Below are positions 54,083 to 64,000 of a stretch of DNA of 64,000 nucleotides, in pieces. Each line of letters starts with the position of its first letter. Positions within the stretch are counted from its first letter, which is position 1. Origin of the DNA: Eledone cirrhosa (Eukaryota); NCBI GenBank assembly GCA_964016885.1, contig OZ024748.1, positions 51,584,001-51,648,000 on the forward strand, written 5' to 3'. The notes under the pieces are model-generated. The model did not search any database. It was given only the letters and a program-made list of their open reading frames with translations, and was not told where the DNA came from. The position numbers and the translations under genes were made by a program.

Positions 54083-54159
54083 TTTATAAAGTATAGATAT
54101 TGTTAAGCTTGGCAAAACAGGATGAGAAAACACACAAGTAGAGAGCTGCGTAGATGAAC

Positions 54160-54192
<33 letters not shown>

Positions 54193-54324
54193 TTCTGAGT
54201 AATAACTTGTAGGTGTATGTATGCATGTGTATAGATATGTGTATATATATATATGTATGTATGTAACAATGTATGTTTGTAGGTATGTATGTAAGTATGT
54301 ATGTATGTGTACGTGTATGTATGT

Positions 54325-54924
54325 ATGTCAGGTCACCAGTTGGTGCTACTGGTAACATGTATCCCAGTACAACCCATCTCATGGTCGGGTCGTTGGCGAC
54401 TAAACTGGCAACCCCACCATGGTTTCTTGACTTTGGACACCCTGCAGGACTAAAATCAAAACCTGTCAAAGAGCAAAGGAGCTCTTAAGAGTCAATGGCC
54501 ATCCAAAATCACCGGGAGAGATGACCTCTTAGCCTTTGTCAAGGCAGAATTCTAGGAGAAGGAAAACTCTGATATAACACCTGCAACCCTGATGGTATTC
54601 AATGATGTTGACTTGTTCTTCTTTTTGGTAAATATCATCTTGGTTAAGAGAGTGGGACTGGCTTTGTGCAGTGCCTTTGCTCACTATAAAAGCTTCACGG
54701 CACAGGCATTGCTTTATATCTGGAGATCTCCCTGCACTTGTCGTCACATGGTACCATGGGCCCAGCAGTATGTGTCAATAATTGTCACAAGTGTAGTGTT
54801 TGTACCAGAGTTTTCAAGTCGCTGGCTGGACTAAAAAGTCACACTCGTTCAGCGCATCGGTAGGGGTTCTCCTACATGTTTATAAAGTAGTGGCCGTACT
54901 CGAAAACGAGTTGGCAGCCACCAT

Positions 54925-54930
<6 letters not shown>
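54325..54930 (+). mobile_element. Internally deleted (bipartite) LINE derivative ending in a C2H2 finger and (TATG)n tail
   Basis: 5' motif shared with 38880-39080. The 3' part encodes HKCSVCTRVFKSLAGLKSHTRSAHR*, then GGCCGTACTCGAAAACGAG..GGCAGCCACCATG(TATG)n. Confidence 0.6.
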
Positions 54931-57676
<2,746 letters not shown>

Positions 57677-58270
57677 CCGCAGCAAAATATATTTAAAAAT
57701 TTAAAACAGTTCTCCCAAAGAGTGCCTCTAGCTGGCATGAAACTCTAGTAATGAATGTGGGTAATGTTTAATCCAAACATTAATAAATTCGTCATCATCA
57801 TTATCATCAGCACAACCCTCCCCAACAACTGCTCCACCACAACCATAATCATCATTATCAGCAGCAGTAGCACGATATGCCTGTTTTTTAATATATAGAC
57901 TCAAAAACAGCTATTGAGTACTTTTTTTGCCTACACCACCACCCATATATATATATATATATAGATATATATGTAGATATATATAGCGAGAGAGAGAGAG
58001 AGAGAGAGACGGAGAGAGAGAGAGAGAGACAGAGAGAAAGACACTCAGATAGATGGATGGATGGATAGATAGATATAGATGCAGGCTTGGATGTGAGGTT
58101 AAAAAAATTGTTTTGCAACCACATTTCCATGTTCAATGATGTTGCATGTCATATTAAGGAAATATCTTCTACTACAGCCTCAGTCTGACCAATACCTTGT
58201 GAGAGGAATTTAGTAGATGTAAATTGAGTAGAAGCCCATTCTCTGTGGATATATATATATAAAAAAACAC

Positions 58271-58825
58271 ACAGTCCACGCTGTAATGTGGCCGTGTAGG
58301 CAACACGGTAAAAACCTCCCAGTCCCACACTGTAAATGTGGTTGGTGTTAGGAAGGGCATCCAGCTGTAGAAAACCCGCCAGACAGTCCACGCTGTAATG
58401 TGGCCGTGTAGGCAACACGGTAAAAACCTCCCAGCCCCACACTGTAAATGTGGTTGGTGTTAGGAAGGGCATCCAGCTGTAGAAAACCCGCCAGACAGTC
58501 CACGCTGTAATGTGGCCGTGTAGGCAACACGGTAAAAACCTCCCAGCCCCACACTGTAAATGTGGTTGGTGTTAGGAAGGGCATCCAGCTGTAGAAAACC
58601 CGCCAGACAGTCCACGCTGTAATGTGGCCGTGTAAGCAACACGGTAAAAACCTCCCAGCCCCACACTGTAAATGTGGTTGGTGTTAGGAAGGGCATCCAG
58701 CTGTAGAAAACCCGCCAGACAGTCCTATGCGAGCAAGACAACCACTCTTGCCTCAAGCGGGAAAACTCCCGTCCAAACCCATGCAAGCGTGGAACATGGA
58801 CGTTAAATGATGATGATGATGATGA
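58271..58825 (+). repeat. 112-bp SINE-tail unit x4 in tandem, plus terminal tail
   Basis: ACAGTCC at 58271, 58383, 58495, 58607 and 58719; units nearly identical. Ends AACCCATGCAAGCGTGGAACATGGACGTTAAA(TGA)n. Confidence 0.93.
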
Positions 58826-59572
58826 TATATATATATATATATATATGTAGATAAATCTACCAAAATATACGGTATTGTCCAATCCGTATGAAGAACTCAA
58901 TGTAATCCAAATATCATGAAAAAATGTTTTCAATGAAAATCACAGGAAAACAGAGTCAAGGTAAATTAATAAAAACAGTGAATAAAAACAAAGAAACAGT
59001 TCCTTATATTAAAAAATTATATATATATATATATGGCTGAATCTCACAGATGAGATGACGAGGGGCCGTGACAAATGGAGAGATGCTGTGTTGAAGAGGA
59101 CCTGTCTCAACCTTACAAGCAGGGAAAAGCAGATGTAAAATGATGATGATGGTGATGATGGTATATATGTGTCTGTGTGGTTAAACACAAGTAAACAGAA
59201 ATAACAAAGCAAATAACACAGTACAATGAAGAAATATATTAGTTTAATGCTACATCTGTTTGCCTTGATATAAGTTTTCACTCGTTTAAAAACGTATGTG
59301 AGTATATATATATGATCCTGTCTCTATTTTGTACTCCTGAAGAAAGGATTAAGCTCAAAATGTCAAACTTTCTTTTCTCTTTCTGATATAAAGCTTGAAA
59401 CTAATAACACTTTTTGTATCTTTGTTTATTGTCTCCTTGAACTATATATATATCAGAATGTATGTATATATATATATATATACAGAGAGAGGTATAACAC
59501 TGGAAGGTAAATATCTGTAGTGGCAGAGCACAACAGTTACAATTATTTCACCTTATGCAGATCTTCAGCTCA

Positions 59573-59625
<53 letters not shown>

Positions 59626-60299
59626 TACATACACACATACATCATCATCATCAAGTAGAATTTTTTTTTTTATTTTGCTAAAGCATGAATGACATAATAG
59701 CTAGATTTTATGGATACTTCATTTTGTATGAAATTATGTTTGCATACTTTTCTTATTTTAAAACAGATGTATATCTAAAGTTGAAGTGTTTTTTAGGCTT
59801 CCATAATGTGTGAAGCTTTTGAAAATGTGATTATTATTGATCCTCTCAAACCTGGGTTCCTGTGTCTATTTTTACTCTCCACCTGGGCTTCTGAGCAATA
59901 AAAATAAATAATTTTATACACAGCTCACGAGTAATGATTGCATGCAAACTAATGGACAGAATCAACTCAAGGTGCAGTAAATGTGTCTACCCACTCTTCA
60001 TTTAGATTTACATAATCTTCACCACCGTTATGTATGTCAGCTGTACAAAGGACCCCAACAAATTTATTCACCTGAATTGTTGCTTTCCTCACCACTTTCA
60101 CAAGTTTAATTGTTTAATTAACTCTCACTGCCTTCGTAAAGGTAAACTTGTCAAAACCTTTGCTGTTTCTCACCTTCTTCCACAGAATGAATATCATCAA
60201 CAATTTCCTTAACTTTAAAGAGTGTATTCCTGGATCATTTACCAGACAAAGTGGTGGGTTCATCATACGCCCATTTTATTGCAAATATATTCAATAAAA

Positions 60300-60930
60300 G
60301 ATCGATAATTTTTCAAGAGCTGGTACAATGTGCTAGAAATATATAAATGGCAAAGGATGACAAATAAAGCAAAACAAACTAATGTTTTACCTTAAATATT
60401 TCAACATGATATTTCGGGGTTAAAACCCTCTTTTTAAATGTGAAGCAGAAATAATTCAAAACAAAAATGAACAATCAATGTGTTCTTCCTTTACTAGCCT
60501 CTGTGACCGAAGTACGCAGGCATGAAGTCGTTATAGTAACCAGTTTGCTTCATGTATTTACAATCTATTATCTGTGTTTTTTTCTAGTTGATGATAATCG
60601 CCTCTTTGATTCTTAAATTGCCCACATTCCTTTCCATTGCCTCTATTGTGGCCTCAATATCTTGGCTGCAGCATCAGTCAAGATATTTTTTAACACAAAC
60701 CCTTGTCAGCATGATCTTGATCAGTATGTGGGTCATCCAGATGGTACTTCCAATATACAAGGGGTTACATTTTTTACATGTGACATTGTATCCATATATG
60801 CTCTCATGCACACTTCTGCATTGAAATATGTTGAAATATACTGAGTAAAACATTACTTTGTTTTATTTTATTTGACATCTTTTGGCCTTTATGTATTTCT
60901 ACTGCATTGTACCAGCCTTTTGAAATTTAT
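60300..60930 (-). mobile_element. Decayed Penelope-like element with inverted terminal segment
   Basis: Minus strand YNVTCKKCNPLYIGST and NLRIKEAIIIN (GIY-YIG). 60318-60406 is an inverted homolog of 60828-60916. Confidence 0.7.
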
Positions 60931-61384
60931 TGGTCTTTTATTACATATCTCATAATGCTTCGTATTAACTATACTGCAAAAATATCCATTTTTTTCAATA
61001 AAAAACAAAAGTAAACAACAGCTATATGGGGCACCATCAACAATGTGTCATAAACACACACAATACAAAGCTACAATATTATCAGTTGTCTATTTTTAGT
61101 ATTTTATCATCTTTTTCTATATGTATTGTTTATTACCACTTTAAAGAGAATCCAGTAGAGATTACATTGAGGCTCTTCCTGCAACAGTGGGAACATGGTA
61201 TGGCAGGGTTAAAGTATTTCTTACTCTATATGTTTTCTTGTTATCAAACATTAATATGTAACACATAAAACAGAAATATTTCTGATAGAAATGTTTCTGT
61301 TTTTAATCAGCAAAGGCTCAGTAAAAAAGAACATTTCTCGTTCTGTGGTTTGGTGCTTTGATGAAGACTGCTTGATGTAACAAT

Positions 61385-61595
61385 ACATGAACATGTAGCA
61401 TAAGGTTGACAATGAGAGAAACATGGAGTTATGACTTCCACTTGAACATATAACAGAGTTGATAAGGCAGGATCATGGACTTCACATTTCCACATGAACA
61501 TGTAACATAGAGGTGAAAATGGATGAAACATGAACCTCTGAATCTGACATGAAGATGTAGCATAGAGTTGACAATGACGGAATCATGGACTTTCA
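61385..61595. repeat. Diverged ~55-bp tandem repeat, 4 copies
   Basis: CATGAACATGTA.CATAGAG.TGA.AA.G..G.A.CATGGAC. Confidence 0.7.
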
Positions 61596-61596
61596 A

Positions 61597-61927
61597 GTTC
61601 AACACCAGCAACCATAATCCTTGTTATACTAACACACCTGAAATTGCTCTCAGTTTGTGATACAAACGAAACTTAAGTATTTAGATATATGAAGTGCATA
61701 AAGTGCTAAGCCTGGAAAGACTTCTAATCAAGGTAGTAATTAATTGTTTCTACTTTAGGCACAAGGCCAGCAATTACCCAGTGCATTACTGGTACTTTAT
61801 TTTATCGACCCCGTAAGGATGAAAGGCAAAGTCAACCTCGGCGGGATTTGAAATCAGATCGTAAAGGGGCATAACTATGCTGGAAAGCATGGTGTCCGAC
61901 CCTCTACCGATACTGCCAATCCACCGC
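61597..61927 (-). mobile_element. SINE-B (61742-61927) with ~145-bp 3' flank duplicated at 62977
   Basis: GTTCAACACCAGCAACCATAATCC...AATCAAGGTAGTAATTAATTGTTTCTAC is shared with 62977-63336. Confidence 0.88.
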
Positions 61928-62227
61928 GATACAGAGTTGATATATTTAGGAAAGAATGTTCAAGCATGAGATGACAATCATCTGAGTGAAGTTACAAGCA
62001 GAAACCATCGGAGATGATGGTCAAAAATTTTCTTCCTAAATATATATATAATAAGACTGATAATTATTATCATTAAAACACTGCTTCCTTCAGATACCGA
62101 CTATGGTGAAATAGCAAACGTAGAATTCTAAATTGGGAGCCAGACTCAGACATTAGCATTGAATGCTCAAACTGGTGAAACATCAGTAACTAAACATTAC
62201 CCATAAATCAAATACACTCTATATGTA

Positions 62228-62269
<42 letters not shown>

Positions 62270-62285
62270 TGTGTGTGTGTGTGTG

Positions 62286-62476
62286 TTCCGGGTCCAATCA
62301 GGGTAACCACAGTAAGGTACTGAATACATTAGTAGAGTGTAAACAACAAATTTAATATAAAAATTGCTTCTACAGAACAAGAAATGTTTCATTCAAAGGA
62401 AATCATCAGGAAAGCCCTAATGATTTCCTTCGAATGAAAGAGTTCTAGTCCTGTAGAAGCCATTTCTATATTAAAT
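62286..62476. mobile_element. Back-to-back inverted family-2 hammerhead elements
   Basis: Minus 62366-62415 reads GCTTTC-CTGATGA-TTTCCTTTGAAT-GAAA-CATTTCTTGTTCTG-TA-GAAGC. The plus copy 62414-62476 has CTAATGA. Confidence 0.75.
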
Positions 62477-62497
62477 GAGTTATATATATATATATAT

Positions 62498-62677
62498 AAA
62501 TATTTATTAAAATAACAGATTAAAGTTTAAGCAAAGAATCGTTGCTTTCACCCTTAACAGGATCTTCTGAAACTAACAAAGTCAATCTGTAAACGCAGAA
62601 CTGGATATTTCAAAAAACGTTGCAACGTTTAAGCGATTCTTTGCTTAAACTTTAATCTGTTATTTTAATAAATATTT
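62498..62677. repeat. 44-bp perfect inverted repeat around a ~92-bp spacer
   Basis: AAATATTTATTAAAATAACAGATTAAAGTTTAAGCAAAGAATCG (62498-62541) and its reverse complement (62634-62677). Confidence 0.9.
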
Positions 62678-62883
62678 GCTCTACGGTTCTTATATATTTG
62701 ATATATATTTTCCTTATCGAGCCCTCTTTGGATTTAGTCTTCAATTTTATTATTATTACTCTATATATATATATATGTATATATTCATTTTGTTAAGGTT
62801 GAAGAGTGAGTCATGTTTATCACAGGGTCATCAGACAATAACTCTATTTCAGTATTGAGTACTCCTTTCTCTCAGCCATCAAC

Positions 62884-62944
<61 letters not shown>

Positions 62945-62976
62945 TACATATATACATATAATTGTTTCTACTTTTG

Positions 62977-63336
62977 GTTCAACACCAGCAACCATAATCC
63001 TTGTTATACTAACACACCTGAAATTGCCCTCAGTTTGTGATACAAACGAAACTTAAGTATTTAGATAATGTTACTGTTGTAACTGATAATATATGAAGTG
63101 CATAAAGTGCTAAGCCTGGAAAGACTTCTAATCAAGGTAGTAATTAATTGTTTCTACTTTAGGCACAAGGCCAGCAAATTACCCAGTACATTACTGGTAC
63201 TTTATTTTATCGACCCCGTAAGGATGAAAGGCAAAGTTAACCTCGGCGGGATTTGAACTCAGAATGGCAAGGGCCGTAACTCTATGCGTCAAAGCATGGC
63301 GTCCGATCCGCTACCGATACTGCCAATCCACTGCCC
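62977..63336 (-). mobile_element. SINE-B (63146-63336) with the same 3' flank as the 61597 copy
   Basis: Flank nearly identical apart from a ~23-bp indel. Confidence 0.88.
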
Positions 63337-63570
63337 TTCGTATACATATATTTATATATATAATACAAGGAAGATTATTGATTGGTGATGCGCGTTTCAC
63401 TATTGATCAGCTCAAGATTCGATCTGTATTGATCTGGCCCGATTCTGGAATCAAAAGCTCGTCGGTTGTCTGCTGTTGTAATGACAGTAACTTCACATTA
63501 CTCCCTGGATATGTATATATATATATATATGTATATATGTATATATGTGTATATATATATGTGTGTATGT

Positions 63571-63653
<83 letters not shown>

Positions 63654-63723
63654 GAAATACTGTTGGCTTCTTGCTCACATTAATTTCTATATTTTCATTT
63701 ATATATATATATATATAAATGAT

Positions 63724-64000
63724 GGAGGTACATGGCTTAGTGGTTAGAGCATTGGCCTTGCAATTGAAAGGTTGCGAGTTCAATTCTCAGACCGGGTGAT
63801 GTGTTGTTTCCTTGAGCAAGACACTTTATTTCACATTGCTCCAGTTTACTCAGCTGCAAAGTGGTCGTGGAGGTGCCATGGCAAAAAGAAAAGCACCCAG
63901 CACTCACTGTAAATGAGGTTGGTGTTAGGAAGGGCATCCAGCTGTAGAAATCAAGCCAGAATCAGTTCCCGTCCCACCCTTGCAAGCAGGGAAAAGCGAA
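63724..64000 (+). mobile_element. SINE-A with internal deletion, cut by the window end
   Basis: A and B boxes, core and tail as in the other copies. Confidence 0.9.

Overview
Very AT-rich, microsatellite-saturated eukaryotic genomic DNA. The SINE families present resemble those I know from octopod cephalopods, which is an inference and not a database result. One convincing host coding exon lies on the minus strand (ATG 32673 to splice donor at 28812). It encodes 20 tandem 44-aa repeats fused to a thiamine-triphosphatase-like CYTH domain that has lost most acidic metal ligands but keeps the basic phosphate-binding residues. The rest is repeat-derived: a 5'-truncated RTE-type LINE with an open RT frame, several decayed RTE/L1 fragments, two or three tRNA-derived SINE families, TTAA/hAT/pogo-like MITEs and minisatellites born inside RTE relics. 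There is also a dense population of Penelope-like relics and small non-coding elements carrying type I hammerhead ribozyme motifs. One ~300-320 nt hammerhead family (17.0 kb and 40.3 kb) occurs as circular permutations whose ribozyme stems covary, as expected for retrozyme-like circular RNAs. Nearly all other ORFs in the track are (TA)n/(CA)n/(GA)n/(CAT)n artefacts.
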